From an uncultured Clostridia bacterium (GTDB lineage Bacteria > Bacillota > Clostridia > Christensenellales > UBA1242), in NCBI GenBank assembly GCA_937992055.1, contig CALKLQ010000041.1:23962-87961 (forward strand): a stretch of DNA of 64,000 bases, in the 5' to 3' direction. This document shows, in pieces, positions 26,445 through 36,581 of the stretch. Position 1 is the stretch's first letter, and each line of letters opens with the position of its first letter. The position numbers were made by a program, and so were the translations under genes. The notes beneath the pieces are model-generated. The model ran no database searches. It had not been told where the DNA came from and saw only the letters and a list, made by a program, of their open reading frames with translations.

Positions 26445-27554
26445 TCAACAACAGATATCTTTTATGAAAGATAATAACAAGTCACAATATCTGATATAAT
26501 CTTCAATAACAATTTTTTCATTGGCGGAATGCGCATCTTTGATATCCCCGCATCCAAAGATAATAGAGTCAATTCCAAGTTCTTGGTAAAATCCAGCCTC
26601 TGTTGCAGCATCATATGGTTTTTCTTCTAAATTATATTTTTTCATAAGCTTGTTTGTAATTTTAACATTTCTATCTTCAAAAACCGGTATTTTAAAAACA
26701 ATTTCATTTGAATATGAGGAAGAAGGATATTCCTTGCAAAGTTTATCCAAAAAGTAATTTATCTTGTTATTTATCTCAATTAAAGCTTGTCTTGAAAACG
26801 TTCTAATATCCCATCGAATGGAACATTTGTCAGGCACAATATTACACATCCTCCCACCATTGATTATGCCTACATTTATTGTTGTTCCTTTATTCAAATA
26901 TTTTAAAGCAAGCTCCTCAATATAACTTACAAGCTTACCCATAATGTATATGGCATTCACACCATTTTGAGGTTTACTAGAGTGACTGGCCTTACCATTA
27001 ATTATGGTTTCAAACTCGTAAAACCCTTTGTTTGAATTTGAAAACATCATATTGCTAGGTTCACCAATTATTGCATAATTTGGCTTTATATTATTTTCTT
27101 TAAAATACTTTGCTATTTTGTTAATGCCATACATCACTGTTTCTTCATCATTAGAAAGCGCAAATATAATAGGCCTTTTTAAATTTAACTTTTTTATATT
27201 TTCTAGGCTATTTAATATAGAGCCGGTAAAAGATTTCATATCCGCTATTCCCAAGCCAAATAATTTTCCATCGTTTTCTTTTACCATCAAAGGATTAAAG
27301 TCCCAATTTTCAATATTTGCAGTCACAGTGTCAATATGTCCAGCAAGTAATAGCCCTTCGTTTATGTTATTTAAATTTCCATTGAAAACGGCTATAAGAT
27401 TATTTTTATTATTTTCTTCATTTTTTAAAATAATTGTTTGCCAACCACTTTGTTTTAATTTCTTTTCTATAAAACTCAAACATTTGTTTATTCCCTTTTC
27501 GTCATCATCTGTTTTAAAGCCAACAAGCTTACTCAAAATTTCAATGCTATTCAT
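26445..27554 (-). CDS. M20-family metallohydrolase (ArgE/DapE-like deacylase)
   Basis: 369 aa. LLLAGHIDTV, GLGIADMKSF and SNDEETVMYG metal-ligand blocks. Confidence 0.75.
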   Translation of the reverse strand: MNSIEILSKLVGFKTDDDEKGINKCLSFIEKKLKQSGWQTIILKNEENNKNNLIAVFNGNLNNINEGLLLAGHIDTVTANIENWDFNPLMVKENDGKLFGLGIADMKSFTGSILNSLENIKKLNLKRPIIFALSNDEETVMYGINKIAKYFKENNIKPNYAIIGEPSNMMFSNSNKGFYEFETIINGKASHSSKPQNGVNAIYIMGKLVSYIEELALKYLNKGTTINVGIINGGRMCNIVPDKCSIRWDIRTFSRQALIEINNKINYFLDKLCKEYPSSSYSNEIVFKIPVFEDRNVKITNKLMKKYNLEEKPYDAATEAGFYQELGIDSIIFGCGDIKDAHSANEKIVIEDYIRYCDLLLSFIKDICC

Positions 27555-27566
27555 TTTAAACTCCTT

Positions 27567-27601
27567 GTAAAAAAATCACACTTGATGTTACAAGTGTGAT
27601 T
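27567..27601 (-). terminator. rho-independent terminator
   Basis: 11-bp stem AATCACACTTG/CAAGTGTGATT followed by a T run on the minus strand. Downstream of the GNAT gene. Confidence 0.7.
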
Positions 27602-27712
27602 TATTAAAAAATTCAACTCGCAACACAGCAAAAATAGTGTTGCTTTCACAACACTTTTTAACTATGATGATGAATTGAATTTAATTTTATCATATATATA
27701 TGTTATTCCTTT

Positions 27713-28525
27713 TTAATTTAAATTGTCAAGGCTTTTATCCCTATTTTTTAAATTATTAGATTTTATTGGGTCTGCCATTTTTATATTTGTAAAATGAAAA
27801 CTATATGGGCAATCAAAGCACTTAATGGTGTTATATCCTCCACCATATTCAACCTTAGTTTCGCTATTTGGTCCTACAAGATTCATCACATGGTCTAATT
27901 CTTTTAGTGCCAAATCTGCATTATTATCAAGATTAATAACTAATGAACCGGTTTTAGTTTCAGATAAAAAAGATTTAAAAAAAGTTGTGTAAATTGTGGT
28001 CTCATCCAAGGCACCTTTCCTTCCATCTGTATAACCAAAAAAATTATAAAATTTTGATATAACCTTCATACTGGCTATATTTCTATAATCAAAATCAGCA
28101 TAAACCCCAGCTGCACCACTCATTTTTGCCAAAATAGTTGAAGCTTTTATTAAAATATTAGCAAGCTTTTTACCTCGAAAATCTTTATGAATATAAAGAC
28201 CACTAACACCCCAATAATCTTTGCTTTTGTCCATAGATTTTGGCGGAGTAAAAAAGGGATGTGGGAGGTCTAACCTAGAAGCTTTAACAATTCCAGCCAC
28301 CTTTTTTCCATAAATCACACATAAATAAATTGCTCCGTTTGAAATATTATGCTTTATTTCCTCTTGAGATGGAATGTATAAAAACTCTTTAATTCCATCA
28401 TATGTAGAATAGAATTTTACCAGCATATCATAATTTTTACAAATTTTTAACTTTATATCTCTTTTATTATTATTAAATTTGTTACAAAGCCTTAATGCAT
28501 TTTTTAAAACTTCTTTATTCGTCAA
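27713..28525 (-). CDS. GNAT-family N-acetyltransferase with an extra C-terminal domain
   Basis: 270 aa. Acetyl-CoA motif A-like GLYIHKDFRGKKLANILIKA. The ~90 aa C-terminal extension is unassigned. Confidence 0.6.
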   Translation of the reverse strand: MTNKEVLKNALRLCNKFNNNKRDIKLKICKNYDMLVKFYSTYDGIKEFLYIPSQEEIKHNISNGAIYLCVIYGKKVAGIVKASRLDLPHPFFTPPKSMDKSKDYWGVSGLYIHKDFRGKKLANILIKASTILAKMSGAAGVYADFDYRNIASMKVISKFYNFFGYTDGRKGALDETTIYTTFFKSFLSETKTGSLVINLDNNADLALKELDHVMNLVGPNSETKVEYGGGYNTIKCFDCPYSFHFTNIKMADPIKSNNLKNRDKSLDNLN

Positions 28526-29063
28526 CTTTTAATATTTCCTCCTCTAAATATGTTTTTTCTTTATTAAGCTTTTTACTAAAAATTAAAGAAAACAATGCAG
28601 TTCCGCCATATAATAACTCACTTATAACATATACATAAGCTCCAATAAAAACATCGTACAAAACTAAGAATATCGTGCATATAACCACACCAATTTTAAG
28701 TAATTTTACATTATCCTGCCATGATGTATAGGTATTTATTAAAGAATTAATTAAAATAAAAATATCTACCCAAGACTGCCATAAAATTATACTAACCACC
28801 AAAATTACAATCTCAAAGCAAATTAGTATAAATAGATTTGGCTTAAGCTTTTTTAGTGAATAAATATAATAAACAATGTTTTTTAAGGTTAAAATTACTA
28901 ACAAAATGCAACCCAAGTATTTTCCCAAAAGCAGATATGATATTAAGGTTAAAACATTATAAATTATACCAAATAAGATGACATATTTTTTTGCATTAAA
29001 CAACATTGATAATACTGAAATAATTATTGCAATAATACCTAAAATTTGAGCGGTTATTTCCAA
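28515..29063 (-). CDS. multi-pass membrane protein (possibly YgjV-like)
   Basis: 182 aa with about 6 hydrophobic helices. Overlaps the GNAT gene by 11 nt. Confidence 0.45.
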   Translation of the reverse strand: MEITAQILGIIAIIISVLSMLFNAKKYVILFGIIYNVLTLISYLLLGKYLGCILLVILTLKNIVYYIYSLKKLKPNLFILICFEIVILVVSIILWQSWVDIFILINSLINTYTSWQDNVKLLKIGVVICTIFLVLYDVFIGAYVYVISELLYGGTALFSLIFSKKLNKEKTYLEEEILKVDE

Positions 29064-29174
29064 AAAAAACTCCTTTTAAGTTCAAATATCATATACTTTC
29101 TTATTAAATACTTTTGAAAAGTTTTATTAATATAATCTTTATTACATCATTTTTAAAACAAAACATTTTTATTT

Positions 29175-30605
29175 TTAATCATTTAAATACTTTTCAAAAT
29201 ATTTTATTAAAACCTTTTTTGCAAGTTCAGTATTAACATATGCAAGCCACTTTAATTTTGCATTTATTATCGGCTCGCCATTTGTTTTTTTATCAGTTAT
29301 AATTTCTACCCTGTCATCCTCATTTAGTTTAGTATAAGGCGGAAGCTTTGTTTTACTTCCATTGACGATAGCATACTTAAAAGTTAAACCAATATCTTTA
29401 TGAATTTTGAACGCAAAGTCTAAAACCGTACTGTCTTTTGCTATGTACTTCACCTCTCCAGATCGAGTTTTAACACGAATTAAATCTCTTTCTAAATCAT
29501 TAATGTTATCTTCATCAATTTTTTCAAGATTTTGCCCATCAAGCGTGCCTACTTTAGAAAGCAAATATTCTTTTTCAGTTAAAAGATAAATATCATATTT
29601 GTTTTTTAATTTGTCAACAGCAGTGAAAAACATTTTATCAAAAAGACTATCTTTATCGCATTCTATAATTTTTAGGTTTTTGTAAATATTTAATTTATTT
29701 ATGACCTCACCTATCAAATTTTTAAACATGCCCTCTTTATAAATAAAAAAGATGTTATAGTTAGAAAATTGAATAATATGCCCTTTAGAAATTTTAGAAT
29801 TAATTTTCCTATTTTTTTTAAGCAAGCTCTCATAAATACAGCATTCATCTATATCCTCTATTTCAATTGACTTCACGTCTGTATTTGTAAACTGAGCTTT
29901 TAATTCTAATAAAATTTTATTAATATTTCTTTCATTACATTTATGATAGTCCAAATAATCTTCAAAAAAATCCTTTAATTTTATATTATTGACAATCTTA
30001 AAACACTCATTTTTTATCTGTTTATAAAAATAGCCACTTTTAAGCGCTTTAGCTATTGGCAATACCCATTTTTCTGTTTCTCTAACTTTTTCTAGTTGTT
30101 TTGGATATTCAAAAATAGAAATTGTACTTAAGTTATGCAACCTATCGGCAAATTTAATTGCAAAACCACAAGGATTTTCCTTACCTAATTTTATTAACTT
30201 TTTAAAAGTTTGCTCCTCTACTGAAGATTTAACAAAGTCTACATCTTCATAAATATTTTCTTCATCAAACACATATTTTGTTTTATCTATAGCACTAACA
30301 CAATCTACCAAATTAAAAACAGTTTCATTAAACTCGTTTTTCATTTGCTCAGGAGTGTAACTACAATCTTCGATTGTATCATGAAGTAATGCAGCAGCAA
30401 CAACATTTTCATCAAAGTTTAATTTAGCCAAAATCAAAGCGACTTCAACTGGATGACTAATATATGGAGCACCATCTTTACGCTTTTGACCTTGATGCAA
30501 CTGCTTTGCCTTTTGAAAAGCTTTATTTATCATATCTAAGTCTAGTTCATTTGTCCGGGCAATTTCTAAAATTTCTTCAAATCTATGTTCTACATCTTCA
30601 GGCAT
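29175..30605 (-). CDS. RelA/SpoT-homolog-like protein: HD hydrolase domain + degenerate middle region + TGS domain
   Basis: 476 aa. Hydrolase-type HD blocks HQGQKRKDGAPYISHPVEVA, LLHDTIED and FADRLHNL. TGS-like IRVKTRSGEVKYIAKDSTVLDFAFKIH...VNGSKTKLPPYTKLNEDDRVEIITD. No synthetase signature motifs seen between them. Confidence 0.7.
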   Translation of the reverse strand: MPEDVEHRFEEILEIARTNELDLDMINKAFQKAKQLHQGQKRKDGAPYISHPVEVALILAKLNFDENVVAAALLHDTIEDCSYTPEQMKNEFNETVFNLVDCVSAIDKTKYVFDEENIYEDVDFVKSSVEEQTFKKLIKLGKENPCGFAIKFADRLHNLSTISIFEYPKQLEKVRETEKWVLPIAKALKSGYFYKQIKNECFKIVNNIKLKDFFEDYLDYHKCNERNINKILLELKAQFTNTDVKSIEIEDIDECCIYESLLKKNRKINSKISKGHIIQFSNYNIFFIYKEGMFKNLIGEVINKLNIYKNLKIIECDKDSLFDKMFFTAVDKLKNKYDIYLLTEKEYLLSKVGTLDGQNLEKIDEDNINDLERDLIRVKTRSGEVKYIAKDSTVLDFAFKIHKDIGLTFKYAIVNGSKTKLPPYTKLNEDDRVEIITDKKTNGEPIINAKLKWLAYVNTELAKKVLIKYFEKYLND

Positions 30606-31554
30606 CTATTCCCTCCCTTATGAGCTTATAGATGGAGTCATCTTCTCTATTAGATACTTTAGCAAATCTAAAAAGGTTGGCTTCTAATATTTCATTGAAA
30701 TAATATTCTAGTTTGTTTTTAACAATAGCTTGTTTTTGAGTTTCCGAAAGATTCATGGAAAGTTCATTTTTATCTATATATACACGTTTAAAAAGTTCAA
30801 TGATATCTTTTATTGCCAAATCAAGGTTTATATTTAATTTATCAAAAGCCAAAATATTATACAATTCACCTTCAGGTACATCCAATATTTTTTTTGTAAG
30901 AATAATGAATTGAACACAAGGGTTGTGTTCTCTACCCCTTGCAATAGAATTAACAGTACCCACACCACCAATATACTTATTTATTGTTGGAGGATTATTA
31001 AGGATAATAAAGCATTTATCTCTATTATCTTTATTTTCTAAATCTAAAAACAAGCTTTGCTCACTTCTAGATATACTTCCATTATATACATTACCTATTT
31101 CTTGATACAATTCCTGAATATTCTCATTACATGAGTTAAGACGTTTTAATAACTTAGTCGCAATAGTTTGATTTTTTGTAAAAGTAGCAACAACATTTAC
31201 ATCTTTATCCAACTCTTTATTTTTAAAGATACTTAACACTCCATAATTTAAAGTATTTTTTAAACTCAGATGTATTTCACCCTTGTATGAGTCATTATTG
31301 TAATAGTAAATCAAATAATTTCCAATGAATTGTTCGTACGAAACTTGCTCTTTTGCATCAAAACTTGAAAATAAAAAATCATCTACACTAATTCCAAATG
31401 CTTCTTTTAACGCAATTAGAAATTGTATAGATGGTTCACTTGATTTTGATAGATAATTATTAATACTGGACTGAGAAAAACCAGTTCTATGGGCAATATA
31501 TTTTTGAGAATATTGACCGGCTAATTTTTTCAAATTTTCTTGAAACATTGACAT
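30598..31554 (-). CDS. XRE-type HTH protein with an uncharacterised ~250 aa C-terminal domain
   Basis: The ATG at 31554 (MSMFQENLKK...) is preferred over the track TTG at 31608. HTH: QKYIAHRTGFSQSSINNYLSKSSEPSIQFLIALKEAFGISVDDFL. The stop overlaps the downstream HD/TGS gene start by 8 nt. Confidence 0.65.
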   Translation of the reverse strand: MSMFQENLKKLAGQYSQKYIAHRTGFSQSSINNYLSKSSEPSIQFLIALKEAFGISVDDFLFSSFDAKEQVSYEQFIGNYLIYYYNNDSYKGEIHLSLKNTLNYGVLSIFKNKELDKDVNVVATFTKNQTIATKLLKRLNSCNENIQELYQEIGNVYNGSISRSEQSLFLDLENKDNRDKCFIILNNPPTINKYIGGVGTVNSIARGREHNPCVQFIILTKKILDVPEGELYNILAFDKLNINLDLAIKDIIELFKRVYIDKNELSMNLSETQKQAIVKNKLEYYFNEILEANLFRFAKVSNREDDSIYKLIREGIDA

Positions 31555-31903
31555 AACATTCAAATCCTTTATGTTTATATAATTATCATATTTTAATTTG
31601 CAAGTCAATATTTATTATAAAAAACTTATTAAATTATATCATAAAAATAAATATAAAAGACCATAAAAGTAAATCAATATTCAATATTATAATTTTTTTG
31701 AAAAAAGGTTTTTTAGTTATCAGTCATAGATAATACATCTACTTTGATTAAAAAATAAGAAAGTTAAATGTAAATTTTCATTAACTTTCCTATTATTTTC
31801 TAAGTTTCAAATAATATTTATAACTCATTTCCTAATCTAACAACAAATAATTAGTTTTTTAAGATATCTTATAATTCAAATTTTTTATAAAAGATTTAAA
31901 ATT

Positions 31904-32500
31904 TTAAAAATTATTTAAATCTAATGATTCTTTTAAAACATATTTACTTACATCTACTTGATTAAAATCGTAAACTTTAGCATTTATATCATCTTTAATA
32001 CTTTCGTAACGAGTAAATCTTCCATCATTTTTATATATAATGTCTGTTCCAAAATTAAATTTGTTAAAAGGGCTCATTTCCAAATATGAACGCGAATAAC
32101 CTGTCCGGCCACTCCATCTTTTACCACATTTATGAAAAACTTGCCTTAACAATTTATCATTCTTTTCTGTGGTAACACGTATGCCTAAAACTTCCTTACT
32201 GCTCCAAAATTCGTCTAAAGTAATTTTATAATTATTTAACATAACCTGCTCAAATTCAAAAATTTCACAAACAATATTATCTAACTCTTCAATATTAGCA
32301 AATTTCATTATATTAAGATAGCAAGTTTTATCTTTAAAAAACTTAAATTTATAATTATTTAAAAAACTTTCACCATTACTCCATTGTTTCCCCAACATAT
32401 GGAATGTTTCACATAATGTTTTTGCCTCTTGTTCGGTTAAAACATGAATCGCTTTAATACTTTTACTTTTAAGGAATTCTTCAATTTTAATTTTTTTCAT
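31904..32500 (-). CDS. hypothetical protein with internal two-fold repeat
   Basis: 198 aa. Residues about 6-44 and 95-133 share the pattern [ED]EF..SK..[IG]..V.TE...L...FH..GK.WS. Confidence 0.5.
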   Translation of the reverse strand: MKKIKIEEFLKSKSIKAIHVLTEQEAKTLCETFHMLGKQWSNGESFLNNYKFKFFKDKTCYLNIMKFANIEELDNIVCEIFEFEQVMLNNYKITLDEFWSSKEVLGIRVTTEKNDKLLRQVFHKCGKRWSGRTGYSRSYLEMSPFNKFNFGTDIIYKNDGRFTRYESIKDDINAKVYDFNQVDVSKYVLKESLDLNNF

Positions 32501-32559
32501 AATTATCCTGATTTTAATTCAATCTCTTATTCTTGTCAATAGCCTTAATTAATTAAAAA

Positions 32560-33063
32560 TTAAAGTGTTTGTGTATTTTGTTTTTCATTTATTCTTTTTC
32601 TAATGATTCTACAAACATAATCTACCTCATCAAAATTAACAATAGGACATTGTTTTAAAAAATTATATTGTTTAGCTGTAATAGGCAAATTATTTATAAA
32701 ATGATAACTTAATAAAGCAATTAAATTTTCTTTCCTCGTGTCGTAAGTTATCTTTATAAAACCATGTTCCTCCATTTCTCTTTCTGTCAGTTTTTGAACG
32801 AATTTTGCATGTTCATTGTGATGCTTATAATCACAACCATAGAAGGCCCCGTTGGGAGCAAGCCATCCTGTAGAATAACTATTGCCATAAACAGTTGTAC
32901 CATACCAATTCAACTCGGAAAAATCTTTTGCTTCAACAATTTCTTTGTCTGTTATATCAATTCCAGAATTACAGCCAAGTCCAGTGTTCCATAATCTGGC
33001 ATTATTTAAAGGCGTTGATTCATCATATTCATACCAGTAATTACCTAATTTAACAAACTTCAT
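32560..33063 (-). CDS. hypothetical protein (167 aa)
   Basis: GGAGG RBS. No family recognised. Confidence 0.5.
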   Translation of the reverse strand: MKFVKLGNYWYEYDESTPLNNARLWNTGLGCNSGIDITDKEIVEAKDFSELNWYGTTVYGNSYSTGWLAPNGAFYGCDYKHHNEHAKFVQKLTEREMEEHGFIKITYDTRKENLIALLSYHFINNLPITAKQYNFLKQCPIVNFDEVDYVCRIIRKRINEKQNTQTL

Positions 33064-33150
33064 GCTACCTCCAATGTTTATTTAACAACTATAAAAATTA
33101 AATATTTTAATCAAAAAGCTACTAAATAAATATAAGTTCATTCAATATCT

Positions 33151-34905
33151 TTACATCTTATCCAAACTTTTAATTGCAAGAAGATTTAAACATTTTTCAA
33201 TAACTTCCAAGGTCAACTTGGTCAGTTCAATTTTAGAATGCTTGATTTTAATATCTTGCTCGTAAATTATGCTTGATTTTGCATAAAAAGAATTAAATGC
33301 ATTTGCCAGCTTATACACATAATCACAGATTAGGTTTGGGGATAGGCTTTTATAAGCTGAAATTATTTCTTTGTGAAACTGAATCAAAATTAAAGCAAGC
33401 TTTCTATCTTCTCCAAACAACTCAAAATCAACATTAGAAGAAAAGTCTTTCACCTTATTCAAAATTGATTTTGCTCTTGTAACTGTGTATAAAATATATG
33501 GTCCGGTTTTGCCTTCAAATGAGGTAAATTTGTCAACATCAAAAACATAATCTTTTGTTCTATAAATTGACAAGTCTGCAAATTTCAATGCTGCAAGGGC
33601 AATAACACTTGAAATGTTTTCCATTTCTTCATCTGAGCAATCATCTTGTTTAGATTGTTTTAATTTTTCTAAAGCTTTTGTTTTCACGTCTTCAATCAAA
33701 ACGCTAAGTTGCATCACTCCACCATCTCTAGTTTTATAAGGTTTTCCATCTTTTCCATTCATGGTTCCAAACCCAACAAAGCAAAGTTCAATAGGCTTTT
33801 TTAAAATTTTTATTTTATTAACACATCTAAACACCTGAGTAAAATGCATTTCCTGTCTATTATCGACAACGTAAATTATTTTATCTGCATTATTTTCCCT
33901 TTCTCTTTGGACGATAGTTGCTAAATCTGTGGTGCTATATAGCACGGAACCATCTGATTTTAAAAGAATAAATGGTGGGACCTCTTTTTTATCATTTTCC
34001 TCACTAACATCAACTATCCAAGCTCCTTGACTAAGCTTAGCATATCCGCTATTTTTTGTGTATTCAACCACCTCTTCGTAATACTTTCTAGAGTCACTTT
34101 CACCAAGCCAAAGATCAAAGCTGACATTTAAATTATCATAATTTTTTTTCAAATCACGCTTTGAAAGCTCCAAAATATTTTTCCATAGCGCAAGATAACC
34201 ACGTCTTCCATGCTGAAGTTCAAAAGTTGCTTGTTTTGCTTCCTCCATGGCATTCTCATCACTTTTTGCCCTAGAACTTGCTTTTGGATATAAAATTGAA
34301 AGTTCATCTAAAGTTACTGGAGAATAATCTGGATAATTTCCCAAGTAATTTTCATCAAAATAAACAAGGTCTGGTTGCATTCTCTTGATTTCGCAAATAA
34401 CCATACCCATTTGAAGGCCCCAATCACCCAAGTGAACATCACCCAAAGTATTATCACCTAAATAAGAACATAGTCTTTTAATACTTTCACCAATGATAGC
34501 GGTTCTCAAATGTCCAACATGAAGAGGCTTTGCAACATTTGCACCACCATAATCAACAACAACATTTTTTTTCTCACCATGTTCTTTTATAATTTCATCA
34601 ACATGATTTAAATAATCAACCAAGTACTTAGCAAGCGCATCGTCATTTAAAAATATATTTATGTAACCAGGTGCGGCAACACTAACATTTCCTATCAAAT
34701 TTAATTTTTCCAAATTTGAAACAACCTCATTTGCTATTTGCAAAGGGGACTTATGATATTTCTTCGCTAACATTAGCGGTTCGCAACACTGGAAATCGCC
34801 CAAATTTTCCAAACTGCAAATTTGAACATTAACTTCCTCGTTATAACCGCTCTTTTTAAATGCATTAGAAAGCTCTTTAGCTAAAATTTTCTCAACTAAT
34901 TCCAT
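33151..34905 (-). CDS. argS: arginine--tRNA ligase
   Basis: 584 aa. Class I HIGH-type ANVAKPLHVGHLRTAIIGES. C-terminal DALR-type anticodon-binding helices. Confidence 0.88.
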   Translation of the reverse strand: MELVEKILAKELSNAFKKSGYNEEVNVQICSLENLGDFQCCEPLMLAKKYHKSPLQIANEVVSNLEKLNLIGNVSVAAPGYINIFLNDDALAKYLVDYLNHVDEIIKEHGEKKNVVVDYGGANVAKPLHVGHLRTAIIGESIKRLCSYLGDNTLGDVHLGDWGLQMGMVICEIKRMQPDLVYFDENYLGNYPDYSPVTLDELSILYPKASSRAKSDENAMEEAKQATFELQHGRRGYLALWKNILELSKRDLKKNYDNLNVSFDLWLGESDSRKYYEEVVEYTKNSGYAKLSQGAWIVDVSEENDKKEVPPFILLKSDGSVLYSTTDLATIVQRERENNADKIIYVVDNRQEMHFTQVFRCVNKIKILKKPIELCFVGFGTMNGKDGKPYKTRDGGVMQLSVLIEDVKTKALEKLKQSKQDDCSDEEMENISSVIALAALKFADLSIYRTKDYVFDVDKFTSFEGKTGPYILYTVTRAKSILNKVKDFSSNVDFELFGEDRKLALILIQFHKEIISAYKSLSPNLICDYVYKLANAFNSFYAKSSIIYEQDIKIKHSKIELTKLTLEVIEKCLNLLAIKSLDKM

Positions 34906-35084
34906 ATCAATTCCTTATAAACACATAATATAATATATAATAAATTTTGTCAATTAAAGACTTTTTGTAATAAGTTAGTTTTTTACAATTATTAAGATTA
35001 TTAGAGTTCAAAAAAAATTTATTTAAATCAATTATACTAATTTAACAAATAAAAAATAAATATTTAAACAGTTTTTTCATGTAA

Positions 35085-35124
35085 ATAGAAATAGCTCAAA
35101 GTAAAACAATCTACTTTGAGCTAT
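35085..35124 (-). terminator. stem-loop terminator after 35142..36389
   Basis: 13-bp stem ATAGCTCAAAGTA/TACTTTGAGCTAT with a T-rich tail on the minus strand. Confidence 0.6.
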
Positions 35125-35141
35125 TATTGAAAAATTTATGT

Positions 35142-36389
35142 TTATCTTCCGACTGTGGTATTATCTTGATCTCTTTTTTGTAATTCTTTAACTGGATTCA
35201 ATGTTGTTTCAAATCTGTAATCTTGTTTGTTATTTTTAAGATACATATCAATTACTTTATGACTAGGAACTTGAACAACATTTTTATTTATGATATTTTG
35301 AATTTTGAAAAATTCATAGTCTTGCGGCAAAGATGAAACTTTAACATAATCCTCTTTTTTTGCCGTGTTAAAGACGGTATTTTTTAAAACTTTTCTAATA
35401 TAGTCAATGTTGGAATTGCCAAATGACAAAAGTTCTGGGAAATTTCCGCCATTTCTATAAACACTGGCAAAATCCCTATTTTCATATTTTTTTAACAATT
35501 CATTAGCCTTGTGCAAATGTGCTATCTCTTGTTCTAAGCAAACCTCCCAAATACGTTTGATTTGTTCATCTGTTTCATCGTTAATCATGGAATAATATAA
35601 ATAGCATTCTGTATATTCATGTTCTAACAAGCTAACTAACCAGGTACAAGTTGGGTCCATTAAACTTTCATATTGGGATACATGTTGTTCCTCAATCATA
35701 CCTATTTCTGAAAAGAGTTTGCGACCCATTTCACTTTTATACAAGTTAGCAACATTCATATAAAAATTCATGGTCTGTTGTTCTGCTGCGGTGATAATTG
35801 CAACATTGAGTCTGGTAATGGGGTCTGCAACCTTGTTATCTCCAGCAAATCTCACATCATCATAAGGATGTCTGTGCTCCGATATTGTAGGCCTTCCTGG
35901 AGTGATTTCAGTAAATCCTCCAACCAAATTCTTAGCGTCGATTCCCTGTTCCATCATTAAAAGATTTGAAAATCTGTATAAATGGTCAAAGTCCTCCAAA
36001 AGAGCAAAATCCAGAGCTTTTTTTACCCTCATGTCACTTTCTCTTTGAGCAAGATTAGCGGTTAATTCTATTGCAAGTTGTTCATAGGAAATAGTGGTTT
36101 CCAAAATGTCTTCATCAATAGGTTTTAATGATGAAATCTTTTTTTGTTGCTGTTGTTCCACCCTTCTAATAAGTGCAATTTCTCTTCTTAAATCATTGCT
36201 TAGGCAGTGTCTTGCAAATTGATGTGAATGCCAATTCATTTCAAATTCAGTACCATTCATCAATATAATTCTAACTTTTGTAAAAGGGTCAACAGTGTTT
36301 TTATCATAAGGCTTTACAAAAATCTTATTCCAGCCCTCTATAGTTTTTTCAATTTTTTTAGGTTTTTCCTCAAATGGATTAAAACTCAT
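35142..36389 (-). CDS. ferritin-like di-iron carboxylate protein (function unknown)
   Basis: The ATG at 36389 follows GGAGG, whereas the track start is a TTG upstream. Paired E...ExxH-type motifs (TAAEQQ, IEEQHVSQYE, EHEYTE, EQEIAHLH) suggest a four-helix-bundle di-iron site. Confidence 0.5.
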   Translation of the reverse strand: MSFNPFEEKPKKIEKTIEGWNKIFVKPYDKNTVDPFTKVRIILMNGTEFEMNWHSHQFARHCLSNDLRREIALIRRVEQQQQKKISSLKPIDEDILETTISYEQLAIELTANLAQRESDMRVKKALDFALLEDFDHLYRFSNLLMMEQGIDAKNLVGGFTEITPGRPTISEHRHPYDDVRFAGDNKVADPITRLNVAIITAAEQQTMNFYMNVANLYKSEMGRKLFSEIGMIEEQHVSQYESLMDPTCTWLVSLLEHEYTECYLYYSMINDETDEQIKRIWEVCLEQEIAHLHKANELLKKYENRDFASVYRNGGNFPELLSFGNSNIDYIRKVLKNTVFNTAKKEDYVKVSSLPQDYEFFKIQNIINKNVVQVPSHKVIDMYLKNNKQDYRFETTLNPVKELQKRDQDNTTVGR

Positions 36390-36581
36390 AATATTATCCT
36401 CCAAAGATATTTTGTTAAATATAACTTTATTTATTCCTTAATATATTGAAAATTTTAAAATGTTTAGAAAAATAAATTAAAATTGAATTATTTAATTAAA
36501 TTAAAAATCATAAATTATTTAAATTAATTATAATAATTATATTAAAAAAATAACTGACAAATAAATGTCAATTATTTTTTA

